A stretch of DNA of 64,000 bases from a virus. The translations under genes and the position numbers were made by a program. Shown here piece by piece: positions 26,854-36,688 of this stretch. The number at the start of each line of letters is the position of its first letter. Positions within the stretch are counted from its first letter, which is position 1. Below the pieces are notes generated by a model. The model saw only the letters and a program-made list of their open reading frames with translations. It made no database searches and had not been told where the DNA came from. Location: IMG/VR virus record IMGVR_UViG_3300044825_003153, positions 6,928 through 70,927 of that record; one strand, 5' to 3'.

Positions 26854-29800
26854 CTAACCGCCTCCAACGCGGAAGTCGGCGACGCCCGGGACGCTGGTCC
26901 CCGCGGCATCGAGCAGCCGCACCTTGACCCGCGTCGGCGTCGCTGCGTCGACGACGAAGGTCCTTGCCGCCGATCCCGCGCGGACGCTGCCGAGAACGTG
27001 GCTCACCACCCGGTAGCTGCGCTCCAGATCGAGCAAGATCCCGGCGGCCGGCACGTTCACGTTGGTGAAAGTCTCCTCGATCTCCTCGCCGTCGAAGACC
27101 AGCTGGAGCCCCCGGATCGCCGGCCGATCGACGCCGCCGCCCGCGATGATGACGCGCAGCTGCAGGGGCTCGCCCGCCAAGGCCGGAATGCCCTGGCGCC
27201 AGGCGCGCCAGACCAGAAGCACCTCGGGGTCGTAGTCGGCGCCGAGCGGCAGATCGAAGCTGCCGGCCAGGAAGTCGTCGGGCAGCGGGGACTCGAAGCT
27301 CACGAAGGTCAGGTCCGCGGTGCCCCACCGGTAGGCGATCTTGTAGTCGCCATCGATGTCCCACTGGAGGAACAGCCGGTCGGTCTTGAGCAGCGTCGTG
27401 GGGGTCACGACGTTGACGATGTAGGTCACCTCGGACCAGACGCCGGCGAGCCAGGGCGACTCCACAGGGGTCAGGAAGCGGCCCTTGCCGTCGAGGAACA
27501 GCGAGCCGTCGGTGCCCAGGACCTCCCCGGCGATCACCTCCGCGTTGGTCAGGAGGCCCGGCCAGCCGCGGTCCCGGATGCTGTCGACCCCAAGGGGCAC
27601 CCGCTGGGCCGTCGTGGTCGGGGTGACGGTCAGGCGCGCGGCCGAGACCGATTCGGTCCCGTGGATCGTCACCGCCTTGATCAGGACCTGCTGGGCATTG
27701 GCCGGGATCGCGGCGGCCGGCAGGCTCGTGTCGGTCACGAGCTGGTCCGTGACGTCCTCGCAGTCCTCCCAGGCTTGCCCGGGCGCGCTCGCCCACCGGA
27801 TCTTGAAGCCCTGGTGGTCGGGTCCGGCGGCGAAGATCCAGCGCAGCCACAGGCCGTCCAGGATCACGCCCTTGACGTCCGCGGGGGGCAGGCGCGGCCC
27901 GACGATGAAGGGCTGCACCTCGGAGCCCCAGCGGCCCAGGCGCCCCGTGCTGTAGCGGTAGCGTGCGTTGACCCGGATGGTCTGGTCGAACGGGACGGAG
28001 GTCAGGACGACGGTGGTGGCCTCGGGGGGCGCCTGGATGATCACGAACGGGCTGTCGTCGTTCAGGGGCTTCCACGCGATGTCGATCCCCGCAAGGGTCG
28101 CGAGCGGCCGGGTCCCGTCGTCCCAGAGCAGGACCAGCGCGCGGATCTCCAGGCTCCCGTCAGGGTGCCGGATCGCCGCGGCATCGCCCGAGGTCACGGC
28201 CCGGATGATCGGCGCCTCCTGGCCGGCCAGCGGCGTGATGTTCGGATCCCACGGCGGGATCAGCGCGGTGTCCGCGGTGTAGACCCCCTCGTCGTAGGGT
28301 ACGCAGGTGATCCGGGCCTCGAGGTCGCCCATGGGCTCGATCGCGCGGATCAGCGCGGCCTGCACCTCCTTGCCGGCAATGCCGATCACGTAGAGATCGC
28401 CGGGCGCCACGACGAAGTCGTTGACCACGGGCGTGGTCAGGTAGACGAGCTTCGTCTCCCCGACCGGCTCGGTGATGTCGAGCACGATCTGGGAGTTGTT
28501 GCGCAACCTGATCCGGATCACGAAGTCGCCGACCATGTCGAAGACGACGGCCTCGTCCAAGGTCAGCGCGGCCATGAGGCCGGCCTCGTCCAGGATCACG
28601 CTCCTGATCCGGCCGGAGCTGCGCCCCCACAGGGTCGACGTCGACTGGATCCCCACCTTGTCGCCGCGGCGCGAGACCAGGTGCTCGAAGTCGGTGATGA
28701 AGGTCATGGTCTCCGGCCGCAGCCGGCCCTCGGCCAGCCGCCACCGGCCGAGGCGCCACACGGCGTCGGCGTTGGTCACGCCGGGGCACTCGCCTTCCTC
28801 GAACAGCGTGGCGTTCTCGGGCCCGTAGCCGTCGTGGTAGACCTCGCGGGTCTGGGTCGAGAAACCGTTGGCCTCGTCCACGAAGGTCATGCGCAGGCCG
28901 TGCGGCTCCACGGTGAAGATCCGGCGGACCTGCAGCTCGCGGTAGTTCCGCGGGGTGAACATCTGGCTGAAGAAGGGCTTGGGCTCGTCGATCACGACGG
29001 ACCATTTTCCGTCGGCGCGGCTCGGGGTTGCCCGGCCGGTGCCGCAGATGATGACCAGCAGGTCCCAGATCGACATGTCCCTGTCGGCGACGAAGTTGCA
29101 GAACTCGCCGCGTGGGGACGTGCGCTCGGCCCAATACTGGAGCTGCGGTAGGTCGATCTCGCCGTCGGCGACGGGCTTCTTCACCGAGCGGCCCTGCAGC
29201 AGCCGGCGGAACAGCGCCGCGGGCTGGTTGGTGGCCCCATAGACCCAGGCGCTGCCGTTCCACTGCGCGCCGTAGCTGCGCACGATGCCCGAGAGGTCCC
29301 GGATCACGCCGGAGAGCTGGTTGGAGGCCTTGATCCGCAAGGCGGTCAGGACGAAGGCCTGAGCGTTGCGGACCGGGGAATCGCCGTTGAAGCTCTTGAT
29401 GTTCTCCCAGGTGACCTTGTCCAGCCTGGTGCTGTCGGTGCTGTCCGACGTCACCCGCCGGACCTCGAGCTCGTACTGGCCGCGGGCCGGGAAGCTGATC
29501 CGGCGGGAGGTACGCTTGGGCGAGGCCTGCTTGCCGGCGACGGTGGTGATGGTCTCGGTCGACCACGCGCCGTCGCCAACCAGCCGATACCGGAAGCGCA
29601 GCTCGACCTCGACCCCGAGGGGATCGCCGGTCTTCTCGCCGTACTTGATGCAGCCCTCGCGGAACTGGAACTCGAGCACGACATAGTCGGTGTCGGTGTC
29701 GGTGCGCCGGACCTCGCGCTGCCCACTCTCGAGCAGCACGCCGATCGGGGTCGTGGTCACCGAGGACGGGTAGAGGCTGAAGGTCGGGTTGGTCTCCTGG

Positions 29801-30555
29801 TCGCCGAAATAGTGCTCGAGCTGGACGCCCTGGAACTCCTCGATCGGCGTGTCGCCGATCTGGAGCGCCTCCACGCTCGCCGGGCCGATGCACCAGCACA
29901 CCAGCCCGAACAGGTACTCGTCGTCGCCGTCGAGCACGGTGAGCCACGGGGCCGCCAGGGCCGGCACGACCTTGTGGGTGCCCAGCACGACCGGCACCGG
30001 AGCATTGAGCCTGGGCGCGTTCTGGGCGCCCTCGATCCCGTAGGTCTGGCTCTCCTCGGTCGAGTTGTTCATCTGCTCCTTGGGCGGGGGGATCAGCGCG
30101 TTGAGGGCCAGCATCCCGCCCAGGGTCAGGGCGCCGCCAATGCCGGCCGAGGCGAAGGTGAAGGCAGCGCCCTCCAGGGCCAGCACGGTCGGGCCGGCGA
30201 TCCAGGCGCCCGTCGCCATGGCCGCGGCGACGATGGCGATCATGAGCACGGTCCGCAGCGTGTTGCCGCCGCCGGCGGGCAGCGCCACGGCCTCGATCAG
30301 CATCCCGGGCTTGGGCCGGACCCGGCGCCAGTTCTCGCGCGGCACGTCATGGCCGGCGATCCGCACCGCCAGCAGCTCGCGCGCGGCCGGGTCGGGCTGG
30401 GCGACCTCCAGGATCTCGTAGAGGGTCAGGCCGGACGGCAGCTCGATCCGGTTCGTCTCAAGACTGAACGGGTGCGGTCGGTGGCTCAGCCAGAGCGGGA
30501 TGCCGGTAGACGGTCCGCCTGCCGTGGATCCGGTCGATGGGCTGCAGGACGGCAT
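26854..30555 (-). CDS. Tail tip/host-specificity protein (lambda gpI+gpJ-like fusion); start codon uncertain
   Basis: N-terminal ubiquitin-like gpI segment (WRRVRPKPG..IEAVALPAGGG), PVPVVLGTHKV, GRATPSRADGKWSVVID, FN3-like C-terminus. Confidence 0.85.
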   Translation of the reverse strand: MPSCSPSTGSTAGGPSTGIPLWLSHRPHPFSLETNRIELPSGLTLYEILEVAQPDPAARELLAVRIAGHDVPRENWRRVRPKPGMLIEAVALPAGGGNTLRTVLMIAIVAAAMATGAWIAGPTVLALEGAAFTFASAGIGGALTLGGMLALNALIPPPKEQMNNSTEESQTYGIEGAQNAPRLNAPVPVVLGTHKVVPALAAPWLTVLDGDDEYLFGLVCWCIGPASVEALQIGDTPIEEFQGVQLEHYFGDQETNPTFSLYPSSVTTTPIGVLLESGQREVRRTDTDTDYVVLEFQFREGCIKYGEKTGDPLGVEVELRFRYRLVGDGAWSTETITTVAGKQASPKRTSRRISFPARGQYELEVRRVTSDSTDSTRLDKVTWENIKSFNGDSPVRNAQAFVLTALRIKASNQLSGVIRDLSGIVRSYGAQWNGSAWVYGATNQPAALFRRLLQGRSVKKPVADGEIDLPQLQYWAERTSPRGEFCNFVADRDMSIWDLLVIICGTGRATPSRADGKWSVVIDEPKPFFSQMFTPRNYRELQVRRIFTVEPHGLRMTFVDEANGFSTQTREVYHDGYGPENATLFEEGECPGVTNADAVWRLGRWRLAEGRLRPETMTFITDFEHLVSRRGDKVGIQSTSTLWGRSSGRIRSVILDEAGLMAALTLDEAVVFDMVGDFVIRIRLRNNSQIVLDITEPVGETKLVYLTTPVVNDFVVAPGDLYVIGIAGKEVQAALIRAIEPMGDLEARITCVPYDEGVYTADTALIPPWDPNITPLAGQEAPIIRAVTSGDAAAIRHPDGSLEIRALVLLWDDGTRPLATLAGIDIAWKPLNDDSPFVIIQAPPEATTVVLTSVPFDQTIRVNARYRYSTGRLGRWGSEVQPFIVGPRLPPADVKGVILDGLWLRWIFAAGPDHQGFKIRWASAPGQAWEDCEDVTDQLVTDTSLPAAAIPANAQQVLIKAVTIHGTESVSAARLTVTPTTTAQRVPLGVDSIRDRGWPGLLTNAEVIAGEVLGTDGSLFLDGKGRFLTPVESPWLAGVWSEVTYIVNVVTPTTLLKTDRLFLQWDIDGDYKIAYRWGTADLTFVSFESPLPDDFLAGSFDLPLGADYDPEVLLVWRAWRQGIPALAGEPLQLRVIIAGGGVDRPAIRGLQLVFDGEEIEETFTNVNVPAAGILLDLERSYRVVSHVLGSVRAGSAARTFVVDAATPTRVKVRLLDAAGTSVPGVADFRVGGG

Positions 30556-30874
30556 CGTGGCCCTCGTCGGTATGCAGGAGCAACCGGCCGTCTATGACCA
30601 CCCCGACGTGAAAGGGTCTGCCGATCCTCCGCAGCAGCACGACGTCGCCGGCGCGCATGTCGGCCTCGTCGACGGTGATCCAGGCCCGGGTTTCGGCCAC
30701 GATCTGGCGGGCGACCGCCTGGGTTCCGCCGTGCTCGTCGAGCTCGACCCCCAGCTGCTCGGCATAGACCAAACGGACTAGGCCCCAGCAGTCGACCGCG
30801 GGGCGCGCGCGGCCGCCCAGGCGGTACGGCAGGCCGATGTAGGGGGTGGGGTCAACGACCATGAAGGCTGCCAA
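30458..30874 (-). CDS. NlpC/P60 tail assembly peptidase (gpK-like)
   Basis: YIGLPY...DCWGLVRLVY...HVGV...LLHT. Confidence 0.9.
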   Translation of the reverse strand: MAAFMVVDPTPYIGLPYRLGGRARPAVDCWGLVRLVYAEQLGVELDEHGGTQAVARQIVAETRAWITVDEADMRAGDVVLLRRIGRPFHVGVVIDGRLLLHTDEGHDAVLQPIDRIHGRRTVYRHPALAEPPTAPVQS

Positions 30875-30897
30875 ATATGACCGGAATTATTCCTGAC

Positions 30898-31431
30898 CTA
30901 TGCCGCGGCCCGGTGCAGCGCGGGGAAGTGCGCGGCGTCGAAGCGCGGGTAGACCGCGGTCAGGAAGGCCGTGTGCTCGGTCACCAGCTCGGTGCTGATC
31001 TCCATGTCGGTGATCAGCGGCTCGGCGAACTGGAGCGGACCGAAGAAGACGCCGGGCAGCGACGGGTCCTGGCCTTCGATGACCTCGATCATGACCTTGG
31101 GCGCCTCGCCGGCGACGCGCGCGAGCGCCGCGACCTCGCGGCTGACGTTGGTGACCTTCAGCCGCGCCCGCGGAATGTCCGCATCCAGGTCGCTGGGCAG
31201 CTCGAGCTCGAAGGGGAAGGCGACGTAGGTGTCGGCGCCGCGCACGATGTTGGTGGCTCCGGACAGGCTCAGGTTGTTGTTCACCAGCCGGATCGGCTCG
31301 CCCAGGCTGGGATGGGTGATCGTGAGCAGGATCAGCGGACAGGCCGACGTGTTCTCGGCCATGATCGCCGCCTGCAGGGCCGCGTTGAGCGACCTCACGG
31401 GACGATCCAGAGCGACAGCTGCGCACGCCAA
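30898..31431 (-). CDS. DUF1833-like tail tip protein (gpL position)
   Basis: LLTITHPSLGEPIRLVNN...YVAFPFELELP...ARLKVTNV...FDAAHFPAL. Confidence 0.8.
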   Translation of the reverse strand: MACAAVALDRPVRSLNAALQAAIMAENTSACPLILLTITHPSLGEPIRLVNNNLSLSGATNIVRGADTYVAFPFELELPSDLDADIPRARLKVTNVSREVAALARVAGEAPKVMIEVIEGQDPSLPGVFFGPLQFAEPLITDMEISTELVTEHTAFLTAVYPRFDAAHFPALHRAAA

Positions 31432-31751
31432 TCGTCGCCGGAGACCCGGGTGTAGACGGGCATCCGCTCAGGGTCGATGCGCGCCGCGCAGGGCACCTTG
31501 TCGATCGGGTGCCACCAGTCGAACTCTACCGCACCGGACACCAGGTCGACCGCCAGGAAGGTGCGGAAGACGTTGAGCTGCGCCGTGGTGAACTCGTAGG
31601 TGCAGGTCACCGGGATGTAGTTGGAGGTGGTGTTGCGCCGGACCTTGCCCGGTCCCTGCTCGGTCGGCGTGTGCCGCAGGTTGCTGGGCTCGGTGTAGGT
31701 CATCCCCTCCATCAGAGGGGTCCTGGGCAGCTCAGCGGGCCAGCTGGGCAT
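31395..31751 (-). CDS. Distal tail protein (gpM position)
   Basis: MPSWPAELP...GPGKVRR...FDWWHP, follows the tape measure gene. Confidence 0.8.
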   Translation of the reverse strand: MPSWPAELPRTPLMEGMTYTEPSNLRHTPTEQGPGKVRRNTTSNYIPVTCTYEFTTAQLNVFRTFLAVDLVSGAVEFDWWHPIDKVPCAARIDPERMPVYTRVSGDDWRAQLSLWIVP

Positions 31752-33919
31752 CAGCGGCGGGTCCTAGGCTTGAGGTTGAAGGCCTGTTCCATGGCCTTGT
31801 TGGCGCCGCCGGAGCCGATAGTGCGGTTGACCTCGGCGCGGATGATCATGGTGATCTGCTCCATGCCGCCGGCGCCGGTGCTGCGCTGGGTCTCCACCGG
31901 CGGCGCGCCGGCGCCCCGCTGGTCGATGACGTTGACCACGGTCCCGCCGCCACCACCGGCGCGGACGCCCAGGCGGCCCTGACCGTCGCGGGCGAGCGGC
32001 ATCACGGCCTCAGGCCCGGCCTCGCCCATCAGCGCAGCACCGCGCGCCAGCGGGACGATGGTGGCGGCCGAGACGATCCCGCCGCGGGCTAGGGGCACCA
32101 CTTCACCGCGGTTGAAGACGCCGCCACGGGCGAAGCCGGCTGCCGCCGCCTGCCCGCCGCCGCCGGCCGCGGCGCCGCCGGCAAAGTAGTTGCCGGCGGC
32201 GCCCAGCATGGAGCCGATCGCCCACCGGAAGGCCTGGTTGAGGGCGAGCTCGGCCAAGCTCTCGAGCAGATCGTCGACCGCCAGCTTGCCCGTGAGCGCC
32301 ATCTGGGTCAGGGCCTGGGCGGCGGTGTCGGCACCCTGCTTGACGAAGTCGCCGGTCATCCGGCCAAGCTGTGCCGCCTCCTGGCCCAGCTCGCGCATGG
32401 CGTCGATCGCGCCCGTCTTCGGGTCGTAGAGGGGCGCGAACTCGGTATCGCCGGTCTTCTGGTAGTACCCGAGCGGGTCGCTTTCCTTCCAGCGCTTCTC
32501 CTCTTCGGCGAGCGCCTCCAGGGTCGCATCGCGGCGCTGGTTGGCGAGGGTCTGCTGCGCCGCCCAGCGGGCATCGGCCGCGTCGTTGATCTGCCGGGTC
32601 ACCAGGTCGAGCTGACGCTTCTTCTCGGCCGCCGCGCGCGCCTGTTCGCGTTCCTCCTCGGCGTTGAGGCGCTTCTGTTCGGCGATTTCGCGCTTGCGCT
32701 TGGCCTCGGCCTCGCTCGCGGCTTGCTCGCGATCCTTGGCGATTTGCTTGGCGTCCTCGCGGTAGTCGCGGGCCGCCTTCTCGTCCTCGACCGTCCGCTC
32801 GGGATAGAGCGACCAGGAGAGCGGGCCCTTCGCCTTGGGCGCCGCCGGGGCGTCGCTGTCCTGCAGCTGCCGCATTTCCCGATCGAGGCGGCGCAGGTCT
32901 TCCAGCTGCCCCTCGACCTCGGCGATGAGCCGGTTGTTCTCGCCCAGCAGATTGCCGCTGCGGAGGCCGGCCAGCCGCTTCTCCAGGACCGAGATCGTGG
33001 TCTCGGTGTCGGCCCCGCCGTAGTCGACGGCCAACCCCTCGGCGAGGCCGGTCTTGAAATTGTTCCACCACTTGAAGAACGCGCTCGTCCGCAGGGTCTG
33101 GTCGAGCCCCGCCATCAGCATCTTGACGGCGTTGTTCCAGCGGGCCTGGCTCTGCTCGATGCTCTCGGGCAGCTGCGCGAACCGGGCAGCGGCCTCGTCC
33201 GCCGCACCCAGCAGCGCGTTGGCGACCACATCGGCGGTGAGCTTGCCCTCGCTGCCCATCTTGCGCAGCTCGCCGATACCCACGCCCAACTCGCGGGCGA
33301 TGGCTCGGGCGACCTCGGGCATCTGCTCCAGGACGCTGCGCAGCTCGTCGCCGCTGAGCCGGCCGGAGGCCAGGGCCTGCGCCAGCTGGAACATGCCCGA
33401 CGACATTTCCTGGGCGCTCGAGTTGCCCACGCGGCCGAGCTGGGTGACGACCTCCACCAGCTTGATCGTTTCGGCCTTGGTGAGGCCGATGTCCTGCGCG
33501 GCCATGCCGAAGCGGGAGGTAGCGTCGGCCGCCGTGGTGATCTCGATCCCCAGGCGGTTGGCGAGGTCAACGACGTCCTCGAAGGTTCCCTTGCCGAGGG
33601 CGTTGTCGAGCCGCCCCCGCATCAGCTGCACTTCGTTGCCGACCGTCGCCACCTGCTGGGCGATGCCGTACAGCGAGCTGATCATCGCGGTGGCGAAGCC
33701 GACCACGGCGAGGTTGCGCAGGGTGGTGATCTGGCCGGTCAGCCGCTCGATCTGGTTGCTGACCCCGACGAACATGCCGTCGGTCTTGCCCTTGACCGTG
33801 TCGTTGAGCTGCCCGACCTGGTTCTCGACCGCGGCCTTCGCTACCCGGAGATCCCGGGCCAGCTGGTCGAGCTTGTAGTGGAGCTCGACATAGGCTTCGC
33901 CGACCTTCTCACCCGCCAT
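31751..33919 (-). CDS. Tape measure protein
   Basis: Tape-measure N-terminal domain (QLAQALASGRLSGDELRSVLEQMPEVARAIA) and C-terminal ALMGEAGPEAVMPL. Confidence 0.95.
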   Translation of the reverse strand: MAGEKVGEAYVELHYKLDQLARDLRVAKAAVENQVGQLNDTVKGKTDGMFVGVSNQIERLTGQITTLRNLAVVGFATAMISSLYGIAQQVATVGNEVQLMRGRLDNALGKGTFEDVVDLANRLGIEITTAADATSRFGMAAQDIGLTKAETIKLVEVVTQLGRVGNSSAQEMSSGMFQLAQALASGRLSGDELRSVLEQMPEVARAIARELGVGIGELRKMGSEGKLTADVVANALLGAADEAAARFAQLPESIEQSQARWNNAVKMLMAGLDQTLRTSAFFKWWNNFKTGLAEGLAVDYGGADTETTISVLEKRLAGLRSGNLLGENNRLIAEVEGQLEDLRRLDREMRQLQDSDAPAAPKAKGPLSWSLYPERTVEDEKAARDYREDAKQIAKDREQAASEAEAKRKREIAEQKRLNAEEEREQARAAAEKKRQLDLVTRQINDAADARWAAQQTLANQRRDATLEALAEEEKRWKESDPLGYYQKTGDTEFAPLYDPKTGAIDAMRELGQEAAQLGRMTGDFVKQGADTAAQALTQMALTGKLAVDDLLESLAELALNQAFRWAIGSMLGAAGNYFAGGAAAGGGGQAAAAGFARGGVFNRGEVVPLARGGIVSAATIVPLARGAALMGEAGPEAVMPLARDGQGRLGVRAGGGGGTVVNVIDQRGAGAPPVETQRSTGAGGMEQITMIIRAEVNRTIGSGGANKAMEQAFNLKPRTRR

Positions 33920-34301
33920 CGGCCGGCTCCTTGGCTGTCGCCGCGGCCGCCAGCTCGGCGGCCTTGTCCGCCCGGTAGGCGTCGTCGAACTCGGCCAGGA
34001 TGAAGCCGTTCCGGTTGAGGCGGTTCTGTTCCTCCATGGCCGCCGTCCCGCCCATGCCGGCGATCAGGCGCTCGACCTCGTCGTGGCTGATCGGGTTGCG
34101 GGTCAGGTTCGCCGTCATCCAGGCCATCCGGAGGTCGCGCGCATGGTCGTCGCGGACCCTGCGGCGATGAGCCCGGCAAAGCAGCCGATAGTCGGAGAGG
34201 GTCAGGTCCCAGGCGGCGGCGAGGTCGAGGCCGAGGACGCCGACGGCGGTCTCGATCCAGCCCTCTAGGGTGAGGGCGCCGCCACCGCCTGCGGAGGGGG
34301 G
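33909..34301 (-). CDS. Tail assembly chaperone, frameshifted C-terminal (T) part
   Basis: The -1 frame is open from the CCCCCCT site: LTLEGWIETAVGVLGLDLAAAWDLTLSDY...DLRMAWMTANL. Confidence 0.7.
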   Translation of the reverse strand, partial: PPSAGGGGALTLEGWIETAVGVLGLDLAAAWDLTLSDYRLLCRAHRRRVRDDHARDLRMAWMTANLTRNPISHDEVERLIAGMGGTAAMEEQNRLNRNGFILAEFDDAYRADKAAELAAAATAKEPADGG

Positions 34302-34678
34302 TCGGGGTTGTCCGCGGCCTCCTGTGGCGGGACCATCTGCCGGGCCACCGCGAGCTGCAGGCGCATCAGGAGGTCGGGCACCATGTGGACGTCGATCTCG
34401 AGGCCCATGGCGTTGGGCGACCGATAGACCTCATGCCCACCCGCGGGGCCGATCCCGGCCCACAGGACCAGGATCAGATCGTCCATGCTGAAGGCCAGCA
34501 GCTGGGCGTCCACACCCTCTTCGCCGACGTTGGGCTGCAGGGCCTCGATCCGCGCCAGAACGTCGAGCAGCGTCCGGACCTCGAGCAGCCGCTGCAGGTC
34601 CGCCAGCACCTTGGCGGGATAGCGCAGCAGCAGGTCGTGGCCGCCGATCGAGACCGGTACCGGTTCCGATTTCAGCAA
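34265..34678 (-). CDS. Tail assembly chaperone (gpG-like)
   Basis: Position between the tail tube and tape measure genes. Confidence 0.8.
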   Translation of the reverse strand: MLKSEPVPVSIGGHDLLLRYPAKVLADLQRLLEVRTLLDVLARIEALQPNVGEEGVDAQLLAFSMDDLILVLWAGIGPAGGHEVYRSPNAMGLEIDVHMVPDLLMRLQLAVARQMVPPQEAADNPDPPPQAVAAPSP

Positions 34679-34688
34679 GGGTCAGTCC

Positions 34689-35099
34689 TCAGCTCGGATC
34701 CGGGAAGCCGCCGATCTCGCCGTCGACCAGCAGGGTCACCGTCGCCATGGCGTCGGCATCCGTGCCGAAGTCCTCCGGGAAGGTCTGGACGTAGGCGTAG
34801 AAGTCACGCTGCGAGCCGTTCGGCAGCACCACCTGGAAGTAACCGCGGGTGCCGTCCTTGTAGTACTTGTAGAGCCGGCGCTGCCCCGCATCGGTCGTGT
34901 CGATCAGGAGCGGCACCGAGGCCGTGCCGGAATCACGCAAGCCGACGCCGATCCGCTTGAACTTGCTGTCGTCCAGCGTGGATCGGTCGCGCACGGTGGA
35001 GGATCCGGACCCGAGGCCGGTCACCGCCTTGACGCCGATCACCTTGAGGCCGTCGCAGAACAGCTGCGTTCCCTGGCTGTCGATGGGAGTGACCGGCAT
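34689..35099 (-). CDS. Major tail (tube) protein
   Basis: SQGTQL...STLDD...GLRDSG...FQVVLPNG...FYAYVQTF. Confidence 0.85.
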   Translation of the reverse strand: MPVTPIDSQGTQLFCDGLKVIGVKAVTGLGSGSSTVRDRSTLDDSKFKRIGVGLRDSGTASVPLLIDTTDAGQRRLYKYYKDGTRGYFQVVLPNGSQRDFYAYVQTFPEDFGTDADAMATVTLLVDGEIGGFPDPS

Positions 35100-35103
35100 C
35101 GGA

Positions 35104-35445
35104 TCAGGCCCCCTTGATGACGGCGACGGTGACCGAGGTCACGGCCGAGTAGGTGATCTCGACCTGGTTGGAGCCGTTGTTCCAGGGCTTGACGTCGAGC
35201 GGGCCGAAGATCAGCAAGCCGCCGGCCGGGATCGAGAACGCCTTGTCCGCGACGGCGGTGCCCTCGAGCGCGGTCTCGGCGAAGCTCTTGAAGGTGACCG
35301 TCTTGGCGGAAGCATCCCCGTTACGGACGACGATGGTGATGCCGCCACCGGCGTTCGGAGCCACGTCGCCGCCGCCGGCAGCGTTCGCGAAGGAAGGGAT
35401 CACCTTCCCCTTGCCCGTGAGGGTCTGGACCGAAAGCGTTGCCAT
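35104..35445 (-). CDS. Small beta-rich virion protein
   Basis: GITIVVRNGDASAKTVTF...IPAGGLLIFGP...VEITYSAVTSVTVAVI. Confidence 0.7.
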   Translation of the reverse strand: MATLSVQTLTGKGKVIPSFANAAGGGDVAPNAGGGITIVVRNGDASAKTVTFKSFAETALEGTAVADKAFSIPAGGLLIFGPLDVKPWNNGSNQVEITYSAVTSVTVAVIKGA

Positions 35446-35454
35446 GTCGCCTCT

Positions 35455-35880
35455 TCAGCGCGTCAGGTGAACCCGGATGCTGACTAGGCGGCCGTCGGCG
35501 TCGGTGTCTGCCGAAAGCCCGATCGGCCCGTTGACAATGGCGATCCGAGCGCGGCTGAAGCCCGGCACGGTCAGGCTGCGGTCGGCCAGGATGTTGCGCA
35601 GGCGCTCGGCCGCTTCCTCCAGCGGGCCTTCGTCGGCGTTCCCCGGGAAGTAGAGCTTCAGGTCCTTCGTCACGGTGCGCCGGCCGCTCTCGCCATCCAT
35701 GATCCGGTCGGGCTCGTCGGTGACCGGCGGGCCCAGCATCAGGAACGGCATGTTGGCGTCGGGCGGCACCCGGTCGGCGGTGAAGATCGCCTTCTCGCCC
35801 ATGTAGGTCGAGAGGTAGGCGCAGAACGGCTCGTCCTGCAGGAGCAGGTCGCGGATCGCCTTGCCCAGGCCGACCGCCAT
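35455..35880 (-). CDS. Tail terminator (DUF3168-like)
   Basis: AIRDLLLQD...PFLMLG, at the expected position. Confidence 0.75.
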   Translation of the reverse strand: MAVGLGKAIRDLLLQDEPFCAYLSTYMGEKAIFTADRVPPDANMPFLMLGPPVTDEPDRIMDGESGRRTVTKDLKLYFPGNADEGPLEEAAERLRNILADRSLTVPGFSRARIAIVNGPIGLSADTDADGRLVSIRVHLTR

Positions 35881-36353
35881 CACATCCCTCCCCGCAGCTG
35901 CCGGCGGATCTCGCCCATGACGACGCCGCGGAACCGCGGCAGGTACTCGACCATCCCCGGCCGCAGCCAGGGCCGCGCCGCCATCTTGCGCGTGCCGTAC
36001 TCGAGGAAGCGGCCATAGGGGACATTCGTGCCGGCGCGCACGGTCACCTGGTCGTAGCGCAGGTCGTAGAAGACCTCGTGACCTACCGACTTCTGCAGCG
36101 TGCCGGTGCGCTTCCTGGGCGGCTCGCCCGGCTTGGACGCTTGGTAGAGGAAGCGCGCCGCGCGTCGCCGGCGCTTCTTCGCCTGGGCCTTGCGCGCGCG
36201 CTCGGAGGCCGGCGTGCCGACGCGGGCCGAGACGTTGAGCTTGATCTGCAGGTGGCCGGCGAGCCCGGCTCCGCCCTTGTGGGCAGCGTCGATCAGGATC
36301 CGCCGCAGCTTGATCTTCAGGTTCAGGTCGTCGAGGAGGACGTTCTGGCTCAA
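35880..36353 (-). CDS. HK97 gp10-like neck protein
   Basis: PPRKRTGTLQKS...VPYGRFLEYGTRKMAARPWLRP. Confidence 0.9.
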   Translation of the reverse strand: MSQNVLLDDLNLKIKLRRILIDAAHKGGAGLAGHLQIKLNVSARVGTPASERARKAQAKKRRRRAARFLYQASKPGEPPRKRTGTLQKSVGHEVFYDLRYDQVTVRAGTNVPYGRFLEYGTRKMAARPWLRPGMVEYLPRFRGVVMGEIRRQLRGGM

Positions 36354-36688
36354 CGCAGCTCCTCCTCGGGAATGTCTGGTAGGTCCACCGTCTGCCCGGC
36401 CAGGGCATGGTGGCTGTCACCACAGAACTCGATCCGGCCGGCGCGGATGAAGTAGTGGCACTGCAGCTTGGTCCCGGGACCGACATTGATCGACGGACTG
36501 AAGGTCGGCTTCTCGGCGTTCCGGTCGAAGGTCCAGCGCGCGCCGTTGCGGAACGGCTGCTCCACGGCGATCGAGTGCATGACCTCGCAGCCCGGGCACC
36601 AGTGGTAGTGCAGCTTCATGGTGCCGTAGTCCCGGACGATCAGCTTCGGGCTCAGCACGCGATCCAGGTTCTGTTCCCCGTCGCTCAT
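36350..36688 (-). CDS. DUF6527-like Cys/His metal-binding protein
   Basis: HWCPGCEVMH...WTFD...PTFSPSI...CHYFIRAGRIEFCGDSHH. Confidence 0.7.
   Translation of the reverse strand: MSDGEQNLDRVLSPKLIVRDYGTMKLHYHWCPGCEVMHSIAVEQPFRNGARWTFDRNAEKPTFSPSINVGPGTKLQCHYFIRAGRIEFCGDSHHALAGQTVDLPDIPEEELR

Noticed and set aside
23104-29151. 2015-aa plus-strand ORF and other long antisense ORFs (for example 2779-5268 and 15271-18588)
   Set aside because: Shadow ORFs from high GC, lying opposite or out of frame with well-supported genes.
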